The notes under the pieces are model-generated. The model ran no database searches and had not been told where the DNA came from. It worked only from the letters and a program-made list of their open reading frames with translations. From Desulfurococcales archaeon (GTDB taxonomy: Archaea; Thermoproteota; Thermoprotei_A; Sulfolobales; AG1), in contig WYEN01000075.1 of NCBI GenBank assembly GCA_009903825.1, positions 7,368 through 31,367 of the forward strand: a stretch of DNA of 24,000 nucleotides, read 5' to 3'. Positions within the stretch are counted from its first letter, which is position 1. The number at the start of each line of letters is the position of its first letter. Positions 16,715 to 24,000 of this stretch are shown here, piece after piece. The position numbers and the translations under genes were made by a program.

Positions 16715-17311
16715 TCATATGTTGAGAGAAGTCTTCTCTCTAAGGATCTTAATGACCTGATTTATGACATCATTCAGGTCTCTCTCAGCGTCAACATAGA
16801 TCAGCTCATTCTCCTTCACAAGCTTGAGATATATATCTCTAACCTTAGACAGAAAATCTTTAAACTCATAAAAAGGCCATCTACTTTTCTTATCACGAAT
16901 ACGTCTCATCGCAGTCTCTACTGACACGTCTAGATAAAATGCTATATCAGGTCTTCTAAACACTCTGTTTATATCACGGATCCATTTTATGTCAGCTCCC
17001 ATAGCACCTTGATAAGCGATAGTGCTGTGATAATATCTGTCCATCACAACCACATATCCTTCGGCGAGTCTAGGCTCTACCTCATTCATCATATGAAATG
17101 CTCTATCAAGACTCATTGCGAGAGCATCTATTATAGGTCCTGTATCAATTTTTGTCTTAAGATCGTTTAGAAGTTGTGCGAAAGGACTGTCAGAAGGCTC
17201 TCTAGTATAGAATGTTTTGAAACCTTTTGATGATAAGATCTCTACGATTTTTCTAGATACAGTCGTCTTTCCAGCACCGTCTATTCCTTCGAAAACAATT
17301 AGTTTAGACAT
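16715..17311 (-). CDS. tmk: Thymidylate kinase
   Basis: P-loop GIDGAGKTT, the DRY region (VMDRYYHSTIAYQ), and ~200 aa length. Confidence 0.9.
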   Translation of the reverse strand: MSKLIVFEGIDGAGKTTVSRKIVEILSSKGFKTFYTREPSDSPFAQLLNDLKTKIDTGPIIDALAMSLDRAFHMMNEVEPRLAEGYVVVMDRYYHSTIAYQGAMGADIKWIRDINRVFRRPDIAFYLDVSVETAMRRIRDKKSRWPFYEFKDFLSKVRDIYLKLVKENELIYVDAERDLNDVINQVIKILREKTSLNI

Positions 17312-17708
17312 AGATTTTTACCTCAGCATCTCTCTCAGATGCATAAGCTTCTGCATCAACATCATTAGGAATTTTCTTGACAAGATCCCATTCTCTGACC
17401 TCTATCAATACAATATTGCATAATACTCCACTGATTATCACGAGCTGATCTGCTTTTTCAACAATCATTGCTGAGGGTGCCAGACCTCTTTTACATAGAT
17501 CATATATTACATATGGTCCTACGGTGGATCCTTTGGATCCTTTGAAAAAAAGGATTCTGCCAGCTACAGATGTCTCTGGAAAACCTTTTTTTCTCAAGAC
17601 TCCTGAGGATCTTTCTATTTCACCTAGAAAAGATATGTAGTCATCAACAACAAGAGTCTTTCCAAAGGCTCTTCCCTCAACAACTCCTCTGCCTTTTAAA
17701 ACGATCAT
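17304..17708 (-). CDS. DUF126 / aconitase-X swivel-domain protein (AcnX small subunit-like)
   Basis: The pattern ISFLGEI..SG ... GRILFFKGSKGSTVG ... APSAMIV matches the DUF126 family as I recall it. It overlaps the tmk start by 8 nt. Confidence 0.7.
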   Translation of the reverse strand: MIVLKGRGVVEGRAFGKTLVVDDYISFLGEIERSSGVLRKKGFPETSVAGRILFFKGSKGSTVGPYVIYDLCKRGLAPSAMIVEKADQLVIISGVLCNIVLIEVREWDLVKKIPNDVDAEAYASERDAEVKIYV

Positions 17709-17777
17709 TTATGTCTCCATTAAATGATTTTTGAAAAACCTTTAATATCTTAATTGATATCAAAATAGGAGCTAGTA

Positions 17778-18887
17778 TTGGACAAAATATTGATCTCATA
17801 CATATTACTAGGATTGCTGGCTTTAATACTTATTCTCCCATTATTCTCAAGACGTATAGAGAGAAATCTTGAGATATTCTTCTTCGCAATGGGTATTGTG
17901 GCCGCAACAATATCATTCTCATGGAGCATAGAGCTTGTCGCAGAAGCTCTTAAAACGCCTCTCTTCATAAGAGATGTTCCTATAGGCATTGTACAAGTTG
18001 TCTTCATAGCCTCATTATTATTCGGATATTACAGTGAGAAGATTGATGATCTTGTCGAGAGTCTTAGAAAGAAGATCTCTACGCCAGTTCTTTTGGCGAT
18101 ATTGGCAGCTGTGTTAGGCCTTGGATCAAGCATTATCTCTGTTATAGTGGCTTCTGTAATAATATCTGAGATAGCTTTTCACATTAATATTCCTAGAAAA
18201 CTTTTGACAAGATTTCTTATCGCATCAGCATATGCAATAGGATTAGGAGCTGCTTTGACTCCTGTTGGAGAGCCTCTTTCCACAATAGCTATTCACAAGT
18301 TGTCTGGAGAACCTTATCATGCTGATTTTCTATTTCTCGCAAGACTTCTAGGTGTATATATTGTTCCTCTGGTGCTCACATATTCTTTATACATCTATTT
18401 CTATTCTAAGAGATTTTTAGAGAAACATCTTATCAAAGAATCTGTTGAGAGTATTGAGGCTCAGATTTTTTCTCAGAAGAGCTCTTTAAAAGATCTTTTG
18501 AAGATTGCGCTGGAAAGATCTGTTAGAGTATATCTATTTATATTTGCATTGGTTTTAATCGGAGAATCTTATAAAATAATTGTTGAGTTATATCTAAAGG
18601 ATCTTCCGTCGATATATATGTATCTATTCGGATCTATATCAGCTATTGTTGACAACGCCACTTTAACAGCCACCGTCATAGATCCTGAGCTGAGCCTCCT
18701 ACAGATCAAGTCTTTTCTAATATCTCTATTGATCGCAGGAGGATTTCTAATACCTGGGAACATACCTAACATTGTTATGGCTAATATTCATAAGATAGAG
18801 TTTCGTGAGTGGGCTAGAGAAGCTATTCCTATAGGGATAATTCCTTTTATAATACTATGGATCTTGATAGAGTTTCTGAATCTATAG
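17778..18887 (+). CDS. Multi-pass membrane protein, DUF1646-like (putative ion transporter)
   Basis: About 10 TM segments. The N-terminal IERNLEIFFFAMGIV resembles the DUF1646 signature, from memory. The TTG start has AGGAG 7 nt upstream. Confidence 0.6.
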   Translation: MDKILISYILLGLLALILILPLFSRRIERNLEIFFFAMGIVAATISFSWSIELVAEALKTPLFIRDVPIGIVQVVFIASLLFGYYSEKIDDLVESLRKKISTPVLLAILAAVLGLGSSIISVIVASVIISEIAFHINIPRKLLTRFLIASAYAIGLGAALTPVGEPLSTIAIHKLSGEPYHADFLFLARLLGVYIVPLVLTYSLYIYFYSKRFLEKHLIKESVESIEAQIFSQKSSLKDLLKIALERSVRVYLFIFALVLIGESYKIIVELYLKDLPSIYMYLFGSISAIVDNATLTATVIDPELSLLQIKSFLISLLIAGGFLIPGNIPNIVMANIHKIEFREWAREAIPIGIIPFIILWILIEFLNL

Positions 18888-18935
18888 TGTTTACGCTTAT
18901 ATTATGATGTCTGATAATTATCTATGTGAAACAGG

Positions 18936-19949
18936 ATGTTCAGACTTAAAATGCCTAAGCCTGTCTCAAAATATTACGATGTGATCGTAGTGGGCCTCGG
19001 CCCTGCAGGACTGGCCGCAGGATTATATTCTGCAAGATATATGTTGAAGACTCTTATAATTGGAGAGACTGTCGGCGGACAACTCTCATTGGCTGGGACT
19101 GTTGATGACTACCCAGGTTTTATAGAGATTCAGGCCAGCGATCTTGTTGCAAGATTTAGAGAACATGTTGAGAAACATAAGGCTGATATTCTTATTGACA
19201 GAGTTGAGAACATAAGAAAAACTGAGGATCAAGAGTATTTTGAGGTTGAGACTAGAAGAGGCGAGAGATATTATGCTAGAGCAGTCATTCTTGCGGTTGG
19301 GCTTAAGAGAAGAAAATTAGGTGCGAAAGGCGAAGATGAATATGCTGGGAGAGGAGTAAGTTATTGTACAGTATGTGACATACCATTTTTCAAAGGAAAG
19401 AAAGTCGCGATCGTTGGTGGAGGAAATAGTGGTGTGACAGGAGCTGTACATGCTATAGGATATGTTGAGAAGCTTTATCTAATAACTAGAGGAGATAGAT
19501 TCAGAGCATTTCCTATTTATGTGAACAGATTATTATCTTATAAAGAGAAGTATCCAGATAAGATAGAGATCATATTTAACAGCACTATAACAGAGATTGG
19601 TGGAAAAGAACAAGTTGAGTATGCAATAGTCACTAATCTGAAGACTGGTGAGAAGAAGAAAATAGATGTTGAAGGAGTCTTCGTAGAAATAGGTAATGAG
19701 CCTCCTACAGAATTTTTTAAAAAGATAGGTTTAGAAACTGATGAGAGAGGACTGATAATTGTGAAGCCGGGAGGATACACTAATATAGAAGGGATATTTG
19801 CAGCAGGAGACTGCGCGGGAGGACCTTATAAATATTATTTCCAACAAGTCTTGACTTCAGCAGCTGAAGGTGCTGCGGCGGCTGACGCAGCTTTTAAATG
19901 GATTATTGGGAAAGGATTTAAGATAATAGGTTTAGAAGAAAGAATATGA
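18936..19949 (+). CDS. trxB: Thioredoxin reductase (FAD/NAD(P)-dependent pyridine nucleotide-disulfide oxidoreductase)
   Basis: GLGPAGLAAGLY (FAD), the redox-active CTVCD, GGGNSGV (NAD(P)H) and GDCAGG motifs. Confidence 0.9.
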   Translation: MFRLKMPKPVSKYYDVIVVGLGPAGLAAGLYSARYMLKTLIIGETVGGQLSLAGTVDDYPGFIEIQASDLVARFREHVEKHKADILIDRVENIRKTEDQEYFEVETRRGERYYARAVILAVGLKRRKLGAKGEDEYAGRGVSYCTVCDIPFFKGKKVAIVGGGNSGVTGAVHAIGYVEKLYLITRGDRFRAFPIYVNRLLSYKEKYPDKIEIIFNSTITEIGGKEQVEYAIVTNLKTGEKKKIDVEGVFVEIGNEPPTEFFKKIGLETDERGLIIVKPGGYTNIEGIFAAGDCAGGPYKYYFQQVLTSAAEGAAAADAAFKWIIGKGFKIIGLEERI

Positions 19950-19952
19950 ATC

Positions 19953-19958
19953 TTTTTT
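19953..19958 (+). terminator. Oligo-T (T6) run 4 nt after the trxB stop
   Basis: The sequence is tgaatcTTTTTTat. Oligo-T is the usual archaeal termination signal. Confidence 0.35.
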
Positions 19959-20068
19959 ATATATTTATATTAAAAAGATCTTTTGATGAGAAAATTTTTC
20001 GAATAACGAAAGGTATGAGAGATAAAGATTTAAATTTTATGAAACATGATTAAGCCTCTGGGACTTCA

Positions 20069-20737
20069 TTGCCTAAAATACCTGTGAAACTCGTCTCGTG
20101 GAATGAGATTGTAGAATGGTCAAAAGGACTTGCTGAGAAAATAAGAGAATCTAATTGGAAACCTGATGTCATTGTCGCAGTTGCTAGAGGAGGTTATGTT
20201 CCTGCAAGACTTTTATGTGATTTTCTAGGTGTAGAAAATCTTCTTTCTATACAGAGTCAGCATTGGACTGAGGCTGCTAAAGCTGCTGAGAAAGCTCTTA
20301 TAAAATTTGGTTATAAAATAGATCTTTCCGGACATAAGGTTCTGCTAGTTGATGATATTGTTGATACTGGAGACACTCTTCTTCTGGCTAGAGACTTTAT
20401 ATTAGAGAATTGGAGACCTTCAGAACTTAAAATAGCTGCTTTACAATGGATAAGTCCTGTGGCAAAGTTTAAGCCTGACTACTATTATATAGAGGTTAAA
20501 GAATGGATATGGTTCCAATATCCTTGGACACGTGTTGAAGATGTTTCTCAGTTTATAACAAGAATATTTAGAGAAGAGTCTTCTAAAAAGATCTGGAGCA
20601 AAAGAGAGATCATAGAGAGATTCTATGAGTGGTATAATATCATGCCTGAGGAATTCTATTTTGATGAGGCTTTGAGAATACTTGTTGAGAAAAAAATTGT
20701 TAAAGAGATTGAGAAAGACAAATATCTCGTCTTATGA
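20069..20737 (+). CDS. Type I (purine) phosphoribosyltransferase with C-terminal extension
   Basis: PRPP-binding motif VLLVDDIVDTGDTL. The N-terminus (VKLVSWNEIVEW) is typical of archaeal purine PRTases. The start is TTG because an upstream in-frame stop excludes an ATG. Confidence 0.8.
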   Translation: MPKIPVKLVSWNEIVEWSKGLAEKIRESNWKPDVIVAVARGGYVPARLLCDFLGVENLLSIQSQHWTEAAKAAEKALIKFGYKIDLSGHKVLLVDDIVDTGDTLLLARDFILENWRPSELKIAALQWISPVAKFKPDYYYIEVKEWIWFQYPWTRVEDVSQFITRIFREESSKKIWSKREIIERFYEWYNIMPEEFYFDEALRILVEKKIVKEIEKDKYLVL

Positions 20738-20794
20738 TCTCAAATAGATTATTTATTTATATTGTTAATAGACGAATAATTTTTGGATAGATTA

Positions 20795-21508
20795 ATGCCT
20801 GAGATAAAGATAAACATATCAAACGAGCTTTATCAAGAGATTCTACAGAGATATCGTGTCGAAGGATATAAGTCTCCTGAAGAATATGTTCTAAAGATTA
20901 TTGAGAGAGCATTAAGAGAGAAGCCTTCGGAAGAGGTCTCGAGATTAGAGAGAAAATTCATGGATCTTTTCAACAAATATTCTTCAAAAGTTGATGAACT
21001 CGGTCAGAGAATGAGTCAACTCACTGATGAAATAGATGATCTGAGGGAGAAATATAGGTCTCTCGAAGAGAGACTTGAAGAGATCAGAAAAGCTGTTGAG
21101 AGAGAAAAAGAAGAAGCTCAGAAGATTACTGTTAAAAAGCCTTCTGTTGAACATGTTGAGAGAGAAGCTTCTCAGCCTGTTAAAAAGACTGCTATCGAAG
21201 TGTTGAAAGAACAGAAGATAATGTTTGAGTCTTCAATATCTTCTAAGATTAGAGATAGAGACAGCTTCTTCAGAAGATTAGAACGTGATGGAGCAAAGAT
21301 TCTTCGTCTTAAAAATGAGAGAGTTGCTGTAGACCCTGATTTCTGGAGAGAGTTTGTCAACAAGCTCTCTAATATTCATGATGATAACATTAGCGTCGTA
21401 AGAAACATGTTGTCTAAAGAAGAGTATAAGCTTTTTGAGAAGCTGAAAGAGAGCGACATGCTGATCTATAGTGCTGTGAATAAGAGATGGGAGGTATTCG
21501 AAGAATAA
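20795..21508 (+). CDS. Ribbon-helix-helix-like N-terminus + coiled coil + C-terminal helical domain protein
   Basis: The ATG at 20795 lies within the tracked ORF 20783..21508. IKINISNELYQEILQRYRVEGYKSPEEYVLKIIERAL looks like a CopG/RHH unit. It is followed by a charged coiled-coil stretch (about residues 50-110). No family recognised. Confidence 0.65.
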   Translation: MPEIKINISNELYQEILQRYRVEGYKSPEEYVLKIIERALREKPSEEVSRLERKFMDLFNKYSSKVDELGQRMSQLTDEIDDLREKYRSLEERLEEIRKAVEREKEEAQKITVKKPSVEHVEREASQPVKKTAIEVLKEQKIMFESSISSKIRDRDSFFRRLERDGAKILRLKNERVAVDPDFWREFVNKLSNIHDDNISVVRNMLSKEEYKLFEKLKESDMLIYSAVNKRWEVFEE

Positions 21509-21523
21509 AGTCTCGTGCTGAGT

Positions 21524-22246
21524 ATGAGAGTTAAGATTGCTCCACAAGGTTTTGAGAGAGAAGTAGTATACTCTGAAGATAGATGGAGATTATTAAAGAG
21601 CTTTCGTGATAAAGCATTTAAAATAATGAGTGAAATAGATCTTTTGGGGGTAAAAAGTTTTGTCATAGGCTCTATAGCACGTGGAGATGTTCATGAAGAC
21701 AGCGATATTGACATAGTTGTTCTCGACGAGATATCTATCAACACACTTTTTACTCGTATAGAGAGATTAGGAGGATGTAGTCATATTGATATTGTCATGG
21801 CAACACCTTCTCACACTCCCAAGATATATTTCTATCTGGATCCTTCTGAGAAGATTGTTGTCTCAACATCTCTCGCCAGATTAAACAGAGTTGAGACAGA
21901 GTTTTATATGTTTGGTGGAATGATTGATAGAGAAGGGATCTTGAGAGGAGAGAGAGTGTCTGGCGTTGATAAAAGACTTATGCTTATAACTCCTACTCAG
22001 AGAGGTCATATCGAGAGCTCTATACTTGGTAGAGAGGCTGAGGTTGCTAAGATACTTGGGATCTCAATAGAGACTGTTATGGATCGTGTTAAGACTCTTG
22101 TTAAAAGAGATCTTCACGGAAGATCAGGCGTCTTTCTTAAACAGTCTTTTCCATGTGATGTCTCTCTAGAGTATGTTATAAAAGATCTTTGTAGAAGAAA
22201 TAAGATATTTAGAAGACAGATGGCCAGAGACAATATATGTATATGA
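21524..22246 (+). CDS. Pol-beta superfamily nucleotidyltransferase with C-terminal HTH-like segment
   Basis: The NTase signature is GSIARGDVHEDSDIDIVVL. The C-terminal EVAKILGISIETVMDRVKTLVKR resembles a sigma/LuxR-type HTH. The ATG at 21524 is 16 nt after the upstream stop (the tracked GTG is at 21515). Confidence 0.75.
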   Translation: MRVKIAPQGFEREVVYSEDRWRLLKSFRDKAFKIMSEIDLLGVKSFVIGSIARGDVHEDSDIDIVVLDEISINTLFTRIERLGGCSHIDIVMATPSHTPKIYFYLDPSEKIVVSTSLARLNRVETEFYMFGGMIDREGILRGERVSGVDKRLMLITPTQRGHIESSILGREAEVAKILGISIETVMDRVKTLVKRDLHGRSGVFLKQSFPCDVSLEYVIKDLCRRNKIFRRQMARDNICI

Positions 22247-22288
22247 AAATCTATGTTAAAAAGTTTTTTATATAATTAGTTTATTGAG

Positions 22289-23353
22289 ATGATAAGACTT
22301 CAACAATTTAACTACTGGATCAATGGGCTTCCAAATGGATGTAGATTATGTGTCGAAGGAGACAAAACGATCATATTTGTCACAGGATCATGTTATGACA
22401 AATGTTTCTACTGCCCAATATCATATGCTAGAAGAAGACCTGAAGCTTTTTATGTAGATGAAGAGCCTGTCAATGATATAGATGATATTGTTAGATACAT
22501 AGAGATTGTTGGTGGAAGAGGTGCTTCATTAACTGGGGGAGATCCTCTTATAAAACTTGATAAGACCATAGAGATCATCAGAAGATTAAAAAGCGAATTT
22601 GGACATGATTTTCATATACATCTATACACATCAGGAAGACTTGCTGATCTAGGTGCTCTGAAGATGCTTGACAAAGCTGGTCTTGATGAGATGAGATTTC
22701 ATCCTGTTGATCTTAGGTATCTAGATAAGATTAGAAATGCGGTGAGAGAGACCTCTATGAACGTGGGCGTTGAGATCCCTGTGATCCCTGATTATGATGA
22801 TTATATCAAGAAAATCATCTTATTTCTAGAGGAGATAGGAGCATCATTTATTAATCTCAACGAGCTTGAGGTCTCAGAGACTAATAAAGAGGCGATAATG
22901 TTCAGAGGATATAAGATATCAGATGATGGAGTATCTGTTGTGGGAAGTAGAGAGACTGCGATGAGAATAATCAGATGGGCTAAAGAGAATAATATAAAGA
23001 TCAAGATACATTATTGCTCAGCAAAATTAAAAGATCTTGTTCAGACATTGAGACGAATGAGAAGAATAGCTTTTAGAATAAGAGCTGGTTTTCAGAAGGT
23101 GTCTGAAGAAGGACTTTTAACATGGGTGGAGATATTGTCTGGAGAAAGATCATTAGAGATAGAGAGGTTGTTAGACGGGTATGAGTATTTATATTATAAC
23201 AATAGATATTATGTTCATCCAGATATTCTAGAGAATAAAGATCTTATCAATATGTTGAGAGAGAGATTTAAAATAAGATTTATAGAAAGATCTCCTGTGG
23301 TTTTAGGAGGAGTATCTAGAGAGAATATAATTGAGAACACATATGATCTATAA
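22289..23353 (+). CDS. Radical SAM protein (uncharacterised archaeal family, PFL-activase-related)
   Basis: CYDKCFYCP is the CxxxCxxC 4Fe-4S/SAM motif and GGDPL is the glycine-rich SAM motif. An additional CRLC pair lies upstream. Confidence 0.85.
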   Translation: MIRLQQFNYWINGLPNGCRLCVEGDKTIIFVTGSCYDKCFYCPISYARRRPEAFYVDEEPVNDIDDIVRYIEIVGGRGASLTGGDPLIKLDKTIEIIRRLKSEFGHDFHIHLYTSGRLADLGALKMLDKAGLDEMRFHPVDLRYLDKIRNAVRETSMNVGVEIPVIPDYDDYIKKIILFLEEIGASFINLNELEVSETNKEAIMFRGYKISDDGVSVVGSRETAMRIIRWAKENNIKIKIHYCSAKLKDLVQTLRRMRRIAFRIRAGFQKVSEEGLLTWVEILSGERSLEIERLLDGYEYLYYNNRYYVHPDILENKDLINMLRERFKIRFIERSPVVLGGVSRENIIENTYDL

Positions 23354-23382
23354 TTATCTTTAGAAGAATCTGGAGAAGATAT

Positions 23383-24000
23383 ATGAGAAAGATCCTTAGC
23401 CACTGTCCTTGGATAATAATTGATGTTGGAATGATCTATTTTCATAGAGAAGATGAGTTCAAAAGCTTATGTAGAGAGATTATTCTAGGCGCAAAGACAT
23501 ATGAGAGATTATGTGGATCAAGAGATAGATATGTTGTAATACATTTTCTAAGAGGATTATACACAGATTATTTCAAAAAATATGTTGAGAACATGAGAAT
23601 ACCTATATATGAAGTTCCTATACAATATTTTCTCAGCTTCTTCACAAGACCTTTATACCTAGATCCTTATGCATATGATGTCTTCACATCTTCAGACGTC
23701 TGGTCTCACGATGTGTTTATTATTGGAGGCATTGTTGATAAGCCTCCTCGAAAGAGACTCACCACTGAGCTTGTCGAGAGATGTTGTCCTGAGACTTCTA
23801 GAAAAAAGATTGTTTTGAAAGGATCTGTTGTTGGAGTGCCTCCAGAGATCAATTCTATCACAGAGATCATATTAAAAACTTTGTTATATAATGATGTTGA
23901 GAAGGCCATAAAAGACACTATGTCCAAAAGAGATGCTATGATAAGAGCTTATTATGAGCTTGTTAAAAGAAGAAGATATATAAAGACTATAGATGATGTG
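23383..24000 (+). CDS. trm10: tRNA (purine-9 N1)-methyltransferase Trm10-like SPOUT protein, 3'-truncated by the window edge
   Basis: Hand translation gives 206 codons with no stop from ATG 23383 to the window end. The ORF is missing from the track because it is open-ended. HDVFIIGGIVDK ... KIVLKGSVVGVPPEINSITEIIL matches the archaeal Trm10 core as I recall it from the Sulfolobus enzyme. GGAG lies 7 nt upstream. Confidence 0.7.
   Translation, partial: MRKILSHCPWIIIDVGMIYFHREDEFKSLCREIILGAKTYERLCGSRDRYVVIHFLRGLYTDYFKKYVENMRIPIYEVPIQYFLSFFTRPLYLDPYAYDVFTSSDVWSHDVFIIGGIVDKPPRKRLTTELVERCCPETSRKKIVLKGSVVGVPPEINSITEIILKTLLYNDVEKAIKDTMSKRDAMIRAYYELVKRRRYIKTIDDV

Noticed and set aside
20991-21044. 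Plus-strand C/D-like string TTGATGA-N7-CAGA-GA-ATGAGT-N7-CTGATGA inside the RHH/coiled-coil gene. Similar isolated TGATGA...CTGA pairs occur at 1672-1712, 19732-19755 and 22785-22805
   Set aside because: The guide spacers are only 7-8 nt or far too long. The boxes are degenerate and all sit inside well-supported coding sequence. The window's codon usage (GAT GA-, CTG A--) generates such strings frequently.
1-24000. The remaining 60-90 aa ORFs in the track: 235..495, 2733..2939, 5129..5398, 5354..5578, 5987..6208, 7728..7940, 9111..9359, 10080..10337, 11819..12049, 12087..12287, 12868..13050, 13133..13342, 14155..14358, 17217..17423, 17750..18007, 18569..18772, 19538..19780, 21172..21363, 21278..21547, 21466..21666, 22801..23004, 23215..23445, 23706..23927
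   Set aside because: Each is embedded in, or antisense to, a longer ORF that has clear family motifs. Their compositions are typical of out-of-frame translation (rich in S, I, L, N). None is supported as an independent gene.

Overview
AT-rich window (roughly one-third GC by eye), densely packed with genes. It reads as a housekeeping region of an archaeal, probably crenarchaeal hyperthermophile, chromosome. Support for that: Pus10, XPD, an archaeal-type Trm10, a DUF126/AcnX small subunit, a box C/D sRNA, TATA-like promoters and frequent TTG/GTG starts. I support about 27 protein genes. They cover a DHH phosphoesterase, Nnr, an ABC-2 transporter pair, Pus10, XPD, HtpX, Nudix, a thioesterase, an MDR dehydrogenase, SufC plus SufB/D, MFS, Tmk, DUF126, a DUF1646-like membrane protein, TrxR, a PRTase, an RHH/coiled-coil protein, a Pol-beta nucleotidyltransferase, a radical SAM protein and a partial Trm10. 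I found no tRNA, rRNA, CRISPR array, transposase or integrase. The most interesting signals are non-coding. First, a textbook double-guide box C/D sRNA sits on the minus strand just upstream of pus10 (7037-7088). Second, a GC-rich hairpin plus purine-tract motif (GGGCGG(G)AGAGGAGGTCAG) occurs twice, each about 83 nt upstream of a nucleic-acid-processing gene (DHH at 1274, XPD at 7662). Third, the second copy carries a 30-nt insertion with box C/D (K-turn-like) signatures. Also notable are a membrane-anchored protein built from near-perfect IDQRFxx heptads, a co-directional RHH/NTase-HTH/radical-SAM/Trm10 cluster, and strong over-representation of GATC/AAGATCTT palindromes. Protein family calls come from motif recognition only. 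No database search was run.
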